DNA of 64,000 bases from Octopus vulgaris (GCA_951406725.2 OX597814.1:185380001-185444000), one strand, 5' to 3'; positions 1 through 14,724 are shown, numbered from the stretch's first letter. Numbers and translations are program-made. The notes: generated by a model from the letters alone, not told the origin.

Positions 1-190
1 ATATTTTTATTGTTCCACTTATAGGTTACATTTATAACATTAACTGGTTGATTTCTTTTTCTGGAAACACTATATCATTCAGATTGTCACTTCGTCATTT
101 ATTCGCAAAAACCAAGTGCACCAGTTATCACATCTATAAATGTGAATTATTATCTAGCTTTAAAATATAGAAGTTTCGAAGGAGTTGTCC

Positions 191-242
<52 letters not shown>

Positions 243-1540
243 TTTTTGGAATGATATTCGCATCAACAGGATATATGACTTATATAATGGTACATACTTC
301 TTGTCTGTCCCAAACAACAATATCCTGTCTCTTACGTTTACACTAGACAGAAGTTTTGATAGGTATACCCGTGGAGGCACATGGCCTAGTGGTTAGAGAA
401 GCGGACTCGCGGTCGAGGGATCGCGGGTTCGAATCTCATACCGGGCGATGTATGTGTTTATGAGCGAAACACCTAAGCTCCACGCGGCTCCGGCAGAAGG
501 TTATGGCGAACTTCTGCTGACTCTTTTGTCATAACTTTCTCTCACTCTTTCCTTCTGCATCATGCAGCTCACCTGCAACGGACCGGCGTCCCGTCCAGGT
601 GGGGAACCTATACGCCAAGGAAACCGAGAAACCGGCCCTTATGAGCCAAGCATGACTCGAGAAGGAACATAGGTATGCCCACCAAAATTCCTTCTGTTGA
701 TGTTTAAGCATTTATTCAATAGCGAAAGATTCTCTAAATTTATTGCAGAAAAGTCTTTTTTCCGAGTGACTTTGTATACAACTTTAGTGACAACGTCGCG
801 GTGCAAAGGGCTGTAGTACCTTGATGATATTTGGAGAGGACTAATAATATGTGACGTTTTCCGCAGAAATATGACATAATCTATATTTCCTGTTGCATCT
901 TCGGCTTCCAAGGACTTCTTTGTCTCTTTTGTTCACAAGGTATTAAATAGCAATCCCCGCTTCTTGGATATCAAATGAGTAACCTTCGAAGTGTGATGGG
1001 ATGTAACGGTCACGAGCCCATGAGAAACGTCAATGTTACCATCTTCGTATTGATACCACTGTCTTCTTGAAGTCTTCACAAAGCATACCCGTGCATAGCC
1101 TTTTTTTGGTATGCTAAACGTTTCACATCCAGGCCTTCTTTGAGGCGTGTCACTCCGGCTGTTTTGTTTCCTGAAGAGCTCACCACCGATACGCAAGATA
1201 TTGTTCTTTTCGCTGCTGTTGTTTAGCAGGGACTGACAGACACTATACGACATTTGAAGGCCATCTGCATTGATCACAATCTTCTATTTCTTTCATTCCT
1301 TCTTAGGTGTACTCTGTCAATATCACTGTTTCTATAGACGTTTCCAGTTGATGTCAGCATTTTGCGGGTTTTAATGTCTATGAAGTGGATTTCTTCTATA
1401 AACCAGTCAAATATGCCAAATATTGGAATCAGCACTGGTACTGCAAATGCATTGAGGGTTCCGGTTGCCATATTTTTCTAAGCATCTTCGTATATGTTTT
1501 CATAAATTCGTAAGTATTTGTAGCATTCTTTGTGAGGAAG
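1..1540 (-). mobile_element. Decayed R4/Dong-type (RLE) non-LTR retrotransposon, 3' part (RT thumb, CCHC region, restriction-like endonuclease); interrupted by (CT)n and a SINE
   Basis: Minus-strand translations give NAFAVPVLIPIFGIFDW...IDIKTRKMLTSTGNVYRNSDIDRVHL (RT C-terminus), ISSRYYSPLHRDVVTKVVY (post-zinc-knuckle RHD region) and RQDIVVWDRQEVCTII*VIYPVDANI (RLE PD motif); many stops and frameshifts. Confidence 0.8.
371..668 (+). mobile_element. tRNA-derived SINE inserted in the R4/Dong fragment
   Basis: A box TGGCCTAGTGG, B box GGTTCGAATCT; flanked by ATAGGTATRCCC target duplication (359-370 / 669-680, 1 mismatch). Confidence 0.85.
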
Positions 1541-1943
1541 AGACGAGATAGTGTGGCCGTTGATTCATAAGCTCTGTGTTTGTGGTGGGAACGATTTTGT
1601 ATGCATGTATGCAGTGCATGAATAAATGCGTGTATGTGTGCGTGTATGTATGCATGTATGCATGTATTTATATATATATATGTGAACATGTGTATGTCTG
1701 TGTGACACAAGGAGAATATGAAGGTGGCAAGCAAAAAAGGCCCAGAGGTGAGGTGGGATGATGGAGGAAGTAGCAATAGTGTTGCTATCTTGAGCATCTG
1801 CAATTCCTCCAGTGGCGGTAACAGCTGTGTATTAGTGCCGTTGTGGCTGGGATACAAAAGGGCGGTAGGGGGTGCTGGAGGCTGGAACAAAGTATTAACG
1901 GAGATTATCTTATAATAATTTAACAAGAGACATTCCTCACTAA

Positions 1944-2490
1944 CTCTCTCTCCTTCTCTCCTCTCTCTCCCTCTCTCCTTGTTTCTCCTTTCTTTAATCT
2001 TCTTCTCTCCTTCTCTCTCACTCCTTCTCTCTCCTTGTCTCTCCCTCTCCCTTTCACTCTTCCCATCTCTACCCTCCCATCTCTCCTTTCCACTTTCTCC
2101 TCTTCTTTTCCCTCTCAACCATTCTTTCCCCCATTCTCTTTTTCTCTTCTCTCTCACCTCCCTCTCCTCTACCCTCTCGCTCCCCTTCTCCTTCTCTCCC
2201 TCTTTCTTTATCTCAATACTCTCTCCCCCACTCTCTCTCTCGCATTCTCTCTATCTCATCTTACTCTTTAATCTCAAAACTCTCTCTTTACCTCTCTTAC
2301 CCTCTTCCCTCTCTCCTCTCTTTCTCTCTTATTCTCTTCATTCTAATTCATTCTCTCTCTCTCCACTCCTTACTCTTCAATCTCAGTGTTCTCCCCCTCT
2401 CTCCCCCTCTCTCTCCACTCCTTACTCTTCAATCTCAATGCTCTCCCCCTCTCTCCCCCCTCTCTCTCCCTCTCTCTCTCTCCACCTCTC
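1944..2490. repeat. Polypyrimidine (CT-rich) low-complexity tract
   Basis: Almost exclusively C/T with degenerate (CT)n. Confidence 0.9.
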
Positions 2491-2874
2491 TCAACATTAC
2501 AGAAATATCTTATCTATTAATAACAGAAATATTTATTAAAATTGTTTCGATTAGACTCTGTTTATTTATCTGTTGTTTAACTTAACTTTATTTAAAATCT
2601 ATTTTTTTTTAAATAAATTTTCTTTCAGTGTTGTTTGCCATTTAAAAAATATATATTTCATATTTTATTTATTCTCATTTGATTTTATTATATATTTTTT
2701 TTTGTTTTAGTTATCATAATTTTTATTTTGTTTTAGTTAACATTTTTTTATATTTATTAATTTTATTTTATTATATTTTTATTTTTAATTATTGATTTTT
2801 ATATTTGAAATGTATTTGTATTTTCATATTGTAAACATTATTCTTTGTATTTCTTTTGAATTTCAGCTCCACAG

Positions 2875-3568
2875 ATAACAACAACAACAACAACAACAAT
2901 AATAATGATAATAATAATAATAACAACAACAACAACAACAATAATAATAATACTAATACTAATAGTAATAATAAATTATGTTTATGAAAGCAATGACGAT
3001 GAAGGATATGATTATCACCCTATGATGACGTGTCGCTACGCCGGTGGTGGTGGTGGTGGCGGTGGAGGCGGCGGCGGCGGTGGTAGTGGTGGTGGTGGTG
3101 GTGGTGGCTGCGGCGGCGGCAGCGACAGCGGCGGCGGCAGCGACAGCGGCTCAGCGGCAGCGGTGGCAGCGGCAGCGGTGGCAGCGGCTGCGGTGGCAGC
3201 GGCAGCGGTGGCAGCGGCAGCGGTGGCAGCGGCAGCGGTGGCAGCGGCAGCGGTGGCAGCGGCAGCGGCGGTAGTGGTAGCAGCGGCGGCAGCGGAGGCA
3301 CCCCGCGGCGACAGCGGCAGCAGTGGCGGCGGCAGTGGTGGGGGAAGTAGCGGTCGCAGTTGTGGCGGAGGCAGAGGTGGTGGTGATAATGGTGGTGTGG
3401 TGCTGGTGACGGAGGAGGCAGTGGTGGTGACGATACCGGTGACGGGGGTGATCGTGATGACGGTAGTGGTGGTTTGGGTGGCAGTGGTGTTCGTGCTGGT
3501 CATCGTGATGTTGAAGATGATGATGATGATGATGATGACTGTGATGATGATGATGGTGATGATGACTG

Positions 3569-3632
<64 letters not shown>

Positions 3633-3721
3633 AATGATGATGATGATGATGACGACTGTGATGATGATGATGGTGATGATGACTGTGATGATGATGATGA
3701 TGATGATGATGATGCTGATGG

Positions 3722-3756
<35 letters not shown>

Positions 3757-3860
3757 GTGATGACTGTGATGATGGTGTTGGCGGTTTTCTTAGTGTTAGT
3801 AGTCGTCGTCGTCGTCGTCATTGTCGTTGTCATCATGGTGGCGTCCGTGGTAGTGGCGAC
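2875..3860. repeat. Compound trinucleotide microsatellite block (AAC/AAT, GGT/GGC, 15-bp GCAGCGGCAGCGGTG repeat, (GAT)n)
   Basis: Directly visible; explains the 399-aa and 266-aa homopolymeric ORFs. Confidence 0.9.
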
Positions 3861-3864
3861 GGCT

Positions 3865-4270
3865 GAAGGCGTGGCAAAATTATTTAGGCATTATTCCTCC
3901 TGTGTCGTTCTGAGTTCGAATCTTGTTGGGGTCAGCTGCGCCTTTTGTTCCCATGGGGGAGTCGCTAGAAGCTGCAACAGCAGCCACTTGGTGTTAATGT
4001 GTCCTTCTGTCCCTGCAAAACCCCAGGGCCTTGTGCCAATTTTAGAAATAATTAGCATTATTAAGAGTAATGGTGTGACAATGAATAGTTCGCTGAATCG
4101 ATAGCGAAACAGGCAACATGTCTGCGATATTTATTTGTGCCGCTACGTTCCGATTTCAGATCTCACCGAGATCTGCACACGCTGTCGGCTTCACCCGCGC
4201 TCTGGCCCGCGGCTTCCATACACGCCAGGATCAATGAAATAACATTCCAGCCAATTGCTGGAGTCAAAAA
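3865..4270 (+). mobile_element. Two strongly diverged Nin-type SINE remnants
   Basis: GTTCTGAGTTCGAATC B-box region and GGGCCTTGTGCC tail resemble the better-preserved copies at 35626-36019. Confidence 0.5.
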
Positions 4271-4680
4271 CTCCGCATACCGGAAGCCAGCAAGTGTATG
4301 GGGTTATCAGGAGAGAATGCGCGCCGTTTCGGGGCCTACCTCTCGACGGCACCAAAGCGCACCAGCCCCCCCCCTCACTGATATGAGGCCCCGCTTACTA
4401 GATCAACTGGTTATCAAATAAAGCTCAATATTCTTCTGGCCAGCGCTCATCGTCTCTTTTTAACCAAATCCAGTGGCTAGCCTTCTCCACTGTAGTTTGG
4501 ATATCGGTCATGGTGGAATTGACTTTATATCCATTAAAAAAATACATGAGCAAAGTCATGGGTCATGATAACCTTTATTCTTTCAACACTTATGTAACAC
4601 TGAATACGCGCATATCTAGGAAGTGCTCCTGTCTGCCTGTCTATATGCCTATCTGTCAATAAATCCACTCTCTTTCTCTC

Positions 4681-4722
<42 letters not shown>

Positions 4723-5215
4723 GTCATGGATCCAAGGGCTACCGTGTAACTCATAAAATCTTAGATCTGCTCCATAAAAGTTCTACTCTAAGATGAAGTT
4801 TCCTCCGTGTCCACGCGTGTGTGTATGTGATTGTAGAGGGCCAGCAGCTGTTCCTGCGTGTAATCCTGCTTTCTCCATACGACTAATGTCGTCTAAGCGA
4901 AAGACAAGAATTGATACAACTTGACATCAATGTCATTTCAGATGTTATTACCATCAGAACGGAAAGAACTGGAAATGTAATTACCGCAAGCCATTCTCTC
5001 TAGCTTCTAACAATACCACCAACTCAACGCCCAGAGCCCAGACCAGGTACTTTATTTATCGATTCTAAACTGACGAAGGAAAAGCTGACCTCAGCAAGAT
5101 CTAAACTCAGAACGCAGAGAACCAAAATAAATACTTTGAGACAGATTTTTTCCGACGCGTTACGATTTTGACAATTCGCTGCCTTAGAAATAACACTACT
5201 AAATATCCACCTACT

Positions 5216-5551
5216 GAGACCCTCTTCGGTCATGAATGACCATGGGATTGCACCTAGAAAGTTACCCTCTCAGGCACAAGTCCGGGCAAGGTTCCTTATG
5301 GAAGACCAGCAGTCGCCCATGCATACCAGCCTCCCCTTTCCACGCCACCTATGTTATCCAAGGGAAAGGCAAAGGCCAATACAGCTTGGCACCAGTGACA
5401 TCGCAACTCATTTCTACAGCTGAGTGAACTAGAGCAACGTGAAATAAAGTGTCTTGCTCAAGAACACAACACGGAGCCCGGTTCGGGATTCGAACCCACA
5501 ACCTCACGAACATAAGCTCGACGCTCTAACCACTGAACCATGCGCTTTCAC
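5216..5551 (-). mobile_element. tRNA-derived SINE with CORE/Meta-like centre
   Basis: Reverse strand TGGTTCAGTGGTTAG...GGTTCGAATCCC, then TTGTGTTCTTGAGCAAGACACTT; AAATAYCCACC repeated on both flanks. Confidence 0.8.
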
Positions 5552-6199
5552 AAATACCCACCAAAACTGCTATAAATGGTACTACATATACCTTAAAGTC
5601 CCTGATGACAACTCGTGGTACCCCACCCCACCTCTTAGCACTACCTCCACCACCGTTGTATATGGCATTGTCAAATCAGAATCATAAAGACTTTGGCCTC
5701 TTGTTTGGAGTTGAGCTTTGATCAGTTCATGACCTCTATAAAGCTCTATTACGATCCGTATTAGACGCATCTCATATAGGCTTACTACGCGTATATGTGG
5801 TGATTTCTACAGCTACACACTCTCGTTCATTACACCGCATATTAAATAATCCCATTCGACGAATTACCAAATATTTAATAACCAATACGCTTTAACTACT
5901 AACTTGTGTGTATGTGTATGCGCGTGTTAAATCTTCAATTTGTCTTTGCTATGAATAGTCTCAAAGTCTCAGATCTAATTAACTGCTTATCCTCCCCAAC
6001 CATGCCATTTCTTCCACCTGCTTTTCCTCTTCCAGTCATGTGTGTGTGTGTGGTGTGTGCGTGAGTGCGTGAGCCTTTCACCTCCCACGCATTAAACACT
6101 GAACACTTTACCTCCTCCCTCATTAGAACAGCAAATCCCTGCAATTATTCCTCTCGCTCCGACCACGATTTTTCTACATTGCCAGTTCGCTTACTTGTT

Positions 6200-6500
6200 T
6201 GAGCTCTTGCGATCAAATCCTAATGGTGTCGTCGTGACATATCGTACACTAGTCTTTTCTATTTATCTTGGGTGCGTGCCAGAGCTCGGACCACCTCTGA
6301 AGACTTTTTTTTTTTCTCTCTGATTGTTCCTTGACGTTCCATCTCTTCTTCTATCTGCTTCTTCCTCTTTCCTTCTCCACAGTCAAAATGGTCTTTGCAA
6401 GGCCACTGGATCTTCTTACATCGCCATATCATTTCAGTTCTTCTTTCCTTTAACCACTGTGAAGAAGTCTTCGTGGCAGTTAACATGATGGCTGATGGTC
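6200..6500 (-). mobile_element. RTE-clade LINE 3' fragment (decayed)
   Basis: Minus strand reads LK*YGDVRRSSGLAKTIL...RGRSR*KKRW, the RTE C-terminal WYGHV..L.KTIL.G...RGR..KRW pattern. Confidence 0.65.
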
Positions 6501-6550
6501 ACCCAAACCTGATTGTTTCAACCCAAGAACTGCATCAAATTCACTAGTCT

Positions 6551-6835
6551 GTGACCGACCAGGCAATCAGATGTTGCTACATATCGCTGGTCACAAAGCG
6601 CTTCGCATTGTTTTGGCCACCCCGCTGGCTAAGCGAGCAGGCTAACAGAAGAAAGAGTGAGAGAACGTTGTGGCGAAAGAGTACAGCAGGGATCGCCACC
6701 ATCCCCTGCCCGAGCCTCGTGGAGCTTTAGGTGTTTTCGCTCAATAATCACTGACAATGCCCGGTCTGGGAATCGAAACCGCGATCTTACAACCGCGACT
6801 CCGCTGCTCTAACCACTGGGCCATTGCGCCTCCAC
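6551..6835 (-). mobile_element. tRNA-derived SINE (same family as 26793, 32017, 62958)
   Basis: Reverse-strand head GTGGAGGCGCAATGGCCCAGTGGTTAG...GGTTTCGATTCCC; tail AGCAACATCTGATTGCCTGGTCGGTCAC. Confidence 0.85.
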
Positions 6836-6864
6836 ATAAAGGTTATAGCTACTATTCATATCAT

Positions 6865-7108
6865 CAGCCAGATGCCCTCCCTATATCCATGGGTCAGCTT
6901 GCAAGCCCCAGTTAATTCTGTGTTGTATTATAAATTACCCAGGATCTTGTTTCCTGTCCATTCTTTGATTTCGTCACTTCACAAATGTTTTCGATGGCCT
7001 CTTGCTCTCTTACCATCAAAACCTCTGGTCAGGATGGTCATGGACAGTGACACGCGGTCCATCGTCTGTCCAAAATATTATAGTTTTGTAAACTTCATTC
7101 ACGACCAT
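6865..7108 (-). mobile_element. Second RTE-clade LINE 3' fragment (decayed)
   Basis: Minus strand KL*YFGQTMDRVSLSMTILTRGFDGKRARGHRKHL*SDEIKEWTG. Confidence 0.7.
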
Positions 7109-7109
7109 T

Positions 7110-7698
7110 ATTCTTTTCTGCTGTAGGAACAAGGCTCGAAATCTTTTGGCGAGGGGGCCAGTCGATTTGATCGACCCCAGTACGCAACTGGTACTTAATT
7201 TATAGACCCCGAAAAGATGAAAGGCGAAGTCGACGTCGGCGGAATTTGAACTCAAAACGTAAAGACAGATCTCAAAACATAATGACAGACGAAATACCTA
7301 TTTCTTTACTACCCACAAGGGGCTACACACAGAGAAGACAAACAAGAACAGGAAAACGGATCTAAGTCGATTATATCAACCCCAGTGCGTAACTGGTACT
7401 TATTTAATCGACCCCGAAAGTATGAAAGGCAAAGTCGACCTCGGCGGAATTTGAACTCAGAACGTAGTGGCAGACGAAATACTTATTTCTTTACTACCCA
7501 CAAGGGGCTAAACACAGAGAGGACAAACGGATTAAGTCGATTATATCGAGCCCAGTGCGTCGTAACTGGTACTTATTTAATCGACCCCGAAAGGATGAAA
7601 GGCAAAGTCGTCCTCGACAGAATGTGAACTCAGAACGTAGTGGCAGACGAAACACCGCTAAGTATTTCGCCCGGCGTGCTAACGTTTCTGCCAGCTGG
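7110..7698 (-). mobile_element. Head-to-tail multimer (3 units) of Nin-domain tRNA SINE
   Basis: Repeated core GTCGACTTTGCCTTTCATCCTTTCGGGGTCGATWAAWTAAGTACCAG (reverse strand); one full head near 7698, internal units start at (G/A)GTATTTCGTC. Confidence 0.85.
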
Positions 7699-7822
7699 CT
7701 ACGTATACAAACCATTATTAAGACAGCGTTTAGCTAATAAATTTTGTTTAATGTATTTTCATGCTACGTCGTTTTTCCAGTTAGACCGCATGTCTAAGAC
7801 TAATTACCGACGTAAGCTGAGG

Positions 7823-8821
<999 letters not shown>

Positions 8822-9009
8822 GCGAGGGTTTCTTTCAGTTTCCGTCAGCCAAATTCATAATTGATGCCTTTGAAATTGCAATGAAGGGGCCTTGGATCTA
8901 GGTTAGAAACCGGCTCTTTCTCTGTTGGTAAGAAATCTTGAGAAAAAAAACTGAATAATAACGTACGTACATACATACATACATATTTACACACACACAC
9001 ACAAACACT

Positions 9010-9062
<53 letters not shown>

Positions 9063-9110
9063 CATACGTATATGCATACACACATACGTACGTGTGTGTG
9101 TGAGTGTATG

Positions 9111-9145
<35 letters not shown>

Positions 9146-10035
9146 GTGTTTGTTTGTGTCTGTTTACCATGAATGCCCTCCACTCTCACACTCTCTTTGC
9201 CCTTCACCGGCCACCATTGTCTTCCCCCAAAAAAACATTGCACGACCATTGCTATTTCTGGCAGGTTGAGAAAAGAAAGAACAAATGAATAAAGAAGGAC
9301 GGGAAAGAAGTGAATAAGGTTTGAGATTTTTGGAGGCATGTTAAAGAGTGAAGGTGGGGGGAGCAAAAATTTGAGGTGAAGTGGTGGGACACATGGTGAT
9401 GCGGAGGGCGGTTCGAGTTTCTGACATCAGTAAACCGATAGATTTACGTTGTAATTTTTTTTTCTGTTTTCTGGGGGTTTTTTTACCTCCTTATTTGTCG
9501 CCAACCAAACCTTCACCGCCCAGCTGCCATCATTAACCGCTATATTCCTTATTATCACCACCACCGCCATCGCCGCCGCCGCCACCGCCACAACCACCAC
9601 CACCATCGCCAGCACCACCAGCACCATCACCACAACCACCGTTACCACCACTATCGCCACCACCACCACCACCATCGCCGACAGCACTACCGACATCACC
9701 GCTGGCACCACCACCGCCTCCGCCATTTGTTATGTCACCACCATTGAAGTCATTTCCATTACCCCCGAACACAGAGCAGACATACCAACAGGTCACTAGC
9801 CCCACTTACTCGAGTCGTCATCACCACCACCACTACCACCACCACCACCATCATCACCATCATCCCCCATTACCCCTACTATATCCTCCCACACATTAAC
9901 CACCAAGACAATTCTACCTATAGCCTCCCCGCCACTATCACCACCAAATACGACACGAACGTTACCCCATTATTTACACCCATGGCTCTCAGATAATAAT
10001 AATTATTGTTATTATTACTATTAGGGTTACTGTCA

Positions 10036-10066
<31 letters not shown>

Positions 10067-10375
10067 TATTATTATTAGTATTAGTTATTATTATTATTAT
10101 TATTATCATCATCATCATTATTATTATTGTTATCATCATTCCAGTTCTGATATTATGTTCCTGTCAACACATGAGATAGATTTCAACATAAATACTGCTA
10201 GTGTCTGTGGAATGACATGCTGGCTCCTTTAGTCGAGGGGAAGAAGACGAATTTCCAAACATATTCCTAACCCTAACTCCTACTCTAAACAAGACCCTTT
10301 TCTTTTTCACTTTTATAATTTTGGTTCCTAATTTTCGTTTTTTTTTTTTTTTAAAGTTCTGCCTTTCAGTCTTCT

Positions 10376-10461
<86 letters not shown>

Positions 10462-10622
10462 TTCTGTTTTCGTTGTTCCTTCTCTCACCTTCTCAGGACT
10501 ATTTAGTGACAATTTATAATACTTCTGCGAAGACCTCCACCCTCGGTTCACATAACTACGATAAACAATAGCCTTAATTCCCGCCTTTATTTATTTATGT
10601 ATTTATATATGATATACATACA

Positions 10623-10767
<145 letters not shown>

Positions 10768-10874
10768 TACATACGGACCGGTTTCGAGGTGTGTGCCTGT
10801 GTGTATGTATGTAGACAGAATGGGATAACAAAGGCAAGGCTGTGAGGAGTTTTGAGGACATTTATAAGGGAATA

Positions 10875-10922
10875 GACTTACAACTGTTTCTCGGATATTA
10901 TGGATATCCCTTCATCAGAGAC
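10875..10922 (-). ncRNA. Degenerate minimal type-I hammerhead motif in a Penelope-like repeat
   Basis: Reverse strand gtct-CTGATGA-agGGATATccataATATCCga-GAAA-cagttg-TA-agtc; helix III near-palindrome ACAGTTGT; stem I has a mismatch. Confidence 0.45.
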
Positions 10923-11226
10923 GGCGTTAGAAGGTTTAATAGAAGAAATATCTGAGTTCGAATTATTATGGAAAAGAAGGAGATAGGGGAATATAGAGGG
11001 AAATAAGATATATAACAGTTTCATTATTCGAGGAAAATGGTGTACAGAAGTGGTAAAAAAAAAGTTTCCTGTAAATGGAAATTAAGTTCCAATAGCAGTT
11101 CATGTTTAGTCATTTCAAAGTACGGAGATGTGGATTCTGTGTTGCTTGTTCGAAAGGGCAAGCTGTCTGTGCTAAATCGTTGTTGAAAACTTATAAAATT
11201 TGAAGTGAAATAAATTTCCTGATATA

Positions 11227-11262
<36 letters not shown>

Positions 11263-11641
11263 TGTATGTATGTATGTATGTATGTATGTATGTATGTATG
11301 TATGTATAATACAAAATGGGACAAGAACGCAAAACATCCGGACAGCTAGGTGATACAAAAAAGGACAACAAAACATCCAGATAGACGATACAAAGAAAAC
11401 AAGGACGGGTCATTCGAAGTTTTCTTTCCTCAGTCAAGCACCAGATTATCCTCGCAATTTCGGCTGTTTATTCTTGAGATTGCTCCAGTCTGGCCAGCCC
11501 CATGGAAAACTAAGCTGAGAGCATTAGATTCCTTGGAAGAAAGCAGCGAATGTATACAAAAACAAGGACGGAAAAAACGGACAATTTTACACAAATATAA
11601 ATACAATAAAAAAATACAATAAAAATAATAACAGGACATAT

Positions 11642-11727
<86 letters not shown>

Positions 11728-11772
11728 GGATGGATGGATGGATGGATGGATGGATGGATGGATGGATGGATG

Positions 11773-11856
<84 letters not shown>

Positions 11857-12811
11857 TTTCTCCAACAGGTAAAATGGCCGCGTTGCCAACGTATCTGAGT
11901 AGTAGTTAAGTTGGAATTCTGAAGCAGTATATGACAAATATGTTTTATATTTTAAATATTGACAGTCATGTCGTCGGTTGATTTCGATCAGAAATTGATA
12001 TCTGAGGCCTCCTCCCGAAATATGGGAGTATGTGAGAGAGAGGGAGAGAGAGAGATGGAATATGAATGAATGGGTAAGCGAATGAGGGATAATGTAGAAG
12101 TGAAGTGGGTGACAACGATAGTATAGGAGTGAAGAGGTGAGGAAGGGTGTAGGTGATTGTGAAGAAAGAGAGAGAGAGAGAGAGCGATAAAGTTTGGGCA
12201 AATGGTAGTATGTGTTTGAAGATGAATGAGTAAGAATGAATGCAAATGAGTGAGTGACAGAGGAGAGTGTGAGTGAAAGATAGAGGAAAAAGTATGGAGA
12301 GGACTGGAAGAGGCAAGGAGCATGGCTGTGTGAGAGAAAGAGAGAGTGACTGTGATTATGAAAAAATAAGCGAAATAATTAGAGAGAGGAAATGTCAGTG
12401 AGTGAATAAGGGAGAAAGTGAGTTAGTGTGCGTTACGAAGAGAAACGGGGAGAGAGAGAATTGTAATAAAATTAGAGTCTTAACCAGAAAAAGATTTTGC
12501 CTTTGTCTCTCATTTTCATAACGCTGCAGAAACCGGAAGTAAGCAATCATAGACTTCATAACTGTATGAATTAAAAACCCTGCAGGCTAACTAGCATATT
12601 ATTAGTCAAATCTCCTACCGTATAACCCGTTTCCCTCCTGCTCATAGGAGGGGAGAGGGATTTTCCATGACAGGAGGTTCGGCTAATAAGGAATATATGT
12701 TACAGAGTGCTCTGGCCATTCCGGCATAACAAGGGATCTGCTTGCATTAGCGAATAGTCGGCTGGTTATATGGCATCGTCGTAATTCGTCAGCTTAACCT
12801 ATAAGGCAGTG

Positions 12812-12845
<34 letters not shown>

Positions 12846-12886
12846 CAGCAACAGCAGTTGTAGTAGAGTAAGAAGAGTAGTAGTAT

Positions 12887-12933
<47 letters not shown>

Positions 12934-12962
12934 GTAACAGCAGCAGTAGCAGCAGCAGCAAC

Positions 12963-13020
<58 letters not shown>

Positions 13021-13145
13021 ACAAGGGATACATTGGACAATCTCGTCCCGAACGCTCAGGTGAGACGGTCATGACAGGAACGTCTTGATTATAAGTCTGG
13101 CCGAAGTAGATCTATAATCAAAATAGCAGCAGCAGCAACAGCAGC

Positions 13146-13179
<34 letters not shown>

Positions 13180-13286
13180 CTAACAAGGAATACATTGGAC
13201 AATCTCGTCCCGAATGCTCAGATGGAACGGTCGTGACAGGAACGGCTTGATTATAAGTCTGACCGAAGTAGATCTATAATCAAAAT

Positions 13287-13290
<4 letters not shown>
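13021..13290. repeat. Tandem duplication (~161-bp period) between (AGT)n/(AGC)n tracts
   Basis: ACAAGGRATACATTGGACAATCTCGTCCCGAA...GTAGATCTATAATCAAAATAGCAGC present twice. Confidence 0.85.
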
Positions 13291-13368
<78 letters not shown>

Positions 13369-13717
13369 ATAATTGTTGTCGTTTTGTTGTTTAAGTTCCC
13401 AGTTAGCTCTGATCGAGTAGACCTATGTGTGAAAGACGGTTCGACTTGTTCCTTTTTTTCCTTAAGACTGTAATTCCTAAGGCTGTAATTTGAAATAGAT
13501 TTTGCTACAATTTTATTAGCGGTTTCTATAGATATTTGGTTTCTTCTGCTTCTTCAATATTTCCCGGCTAAGTTTTACACGCGCAAACCTTAAACCAAGA
13601 GAACAAACTTAATAGCCACGCCAAATCTTTTAAGTCCTGTATATAAGCTGTATCTTAGTCTTCTCAACAACCATAACATTTTATAATGTCGGATTTAGCT
13701 CTCAAATCTACAACATA

Positions 13718-14005
13718 CGTGGTCTGATCAAACAGTATCCGGACTGTTGCCATAGTAACGCAGCTAAAGCATGCAGGGTGAAGCGACTTGGCACAGATTG
13801 ACCTTGAACTCTGCTGTGCATGCACACTAAGTTTAAACGTTGTAGCTCACTTCCGCTGTTTACGGCAGTGATTGAAAGGAAGGTGTGTAGTGTGTGATCG
13901 TCGCATTGACCATGACAGAGAAAGTTGAGCAGAGAATCTGTATCAAATTTTGCCAAAAGCTTGGCGATACCTGTTCATAGGCCTACGCAAAGTTTAAAAA
14001 AAAAA
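13718..14005 (+). mobile_element. Mariner transposon 5' fragment (left end plus start of transposase)
   Basis: TA then CGTGGTCTGATCAAACAGTATCCGGA; ATG at 13912 gives MTEKVEQRICIKFCQKLGDTCS*AYAKFKK, a mariner N-terminal EQRxCIKFCxKLG motif. Confidence 0.75.
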
Positions 14006-14675
14006 ATGTGTCTTCATGTCTGTTTGTCCCTCACTTCAGCTTGACAACTGATGTTAGAGAGTTTTCGTCCCCATAACTTAAGCCATTCGTCGAAACTAAT
14101 GTGGAACAAAGGTTCACAATTGCGATCTTGATAACTTCAATAAAGGACTGTGGAAATATAGCCAGGGACGCGCTCTGTATGGGAACCAAATAGTAAAGTC
14201 TGTAACACTAATATTCTTGGGTTGTAGAATTCTTCTGAAATATTGTCTCGCGATGCGTGTGAGTTATGATGACACGTAATTGCAGTGGCATAAATGAACA
14301 ACCGTAAACTACACGCTTCATGTATCTTGGTCTCTTAATCTATGCTTCTCAGACTGACCAATACCATCAGCATCTCCAATATGATTTTAGTGAAACTTTT
14401 TGTTCCACCATTCCTTTACCAATGCGAATAGAAAACGGAGTTTACATCCATATAATTCAATCCTTGCCATGGTGCTGGACAAATTCAAAATGTTTAAAGA
14501 CCCGTCTAAATCTAAATGAAATTGGTAATTTCCCTCCCTTTTTCAATCCTCACAATCATACAAGGAGACTTCAAAGATTGAAGCAATGGTTTAGCTCACC
14601 CCTCTCCCAAATATTGCTTCAGCTAGAGTAGATCCTTTATCAAAGCCCTCCCAAACGTGACCATCCTATGTTTAT

Positions 14676-14724
<49 letters not shown>

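Noticed and set aside
371-445. tRNA genes (here and at other SINE heads)
   Set aside because: A/B boxes are present, but each continues into SINE body and tail and lacks a clean cloverleaf
2905-4104. 399-aa ORF and a strong acceptor-like site at 2866
   Set aside because: Made of homopolymer runs from trinucleotide repeats and runs into a SINE remnant; no domain or donor support
5595-5695. CTGATGA within an imperfect hairpin
   Set aside because: No GAAA/UH partner; only a weak fold-back
11395-11510. Hammerhead-like pieces on the minus strand (gcaaTC-tcaag, GAAAttgc, cttga-CTGAGGA)
   Set aside because: The pieces are in an order incompatible with any hammerhead permutation and no stem II links CTGAGGA to that GAAA; the surrounding 11305-11638 is probably a repeat I cannot classify
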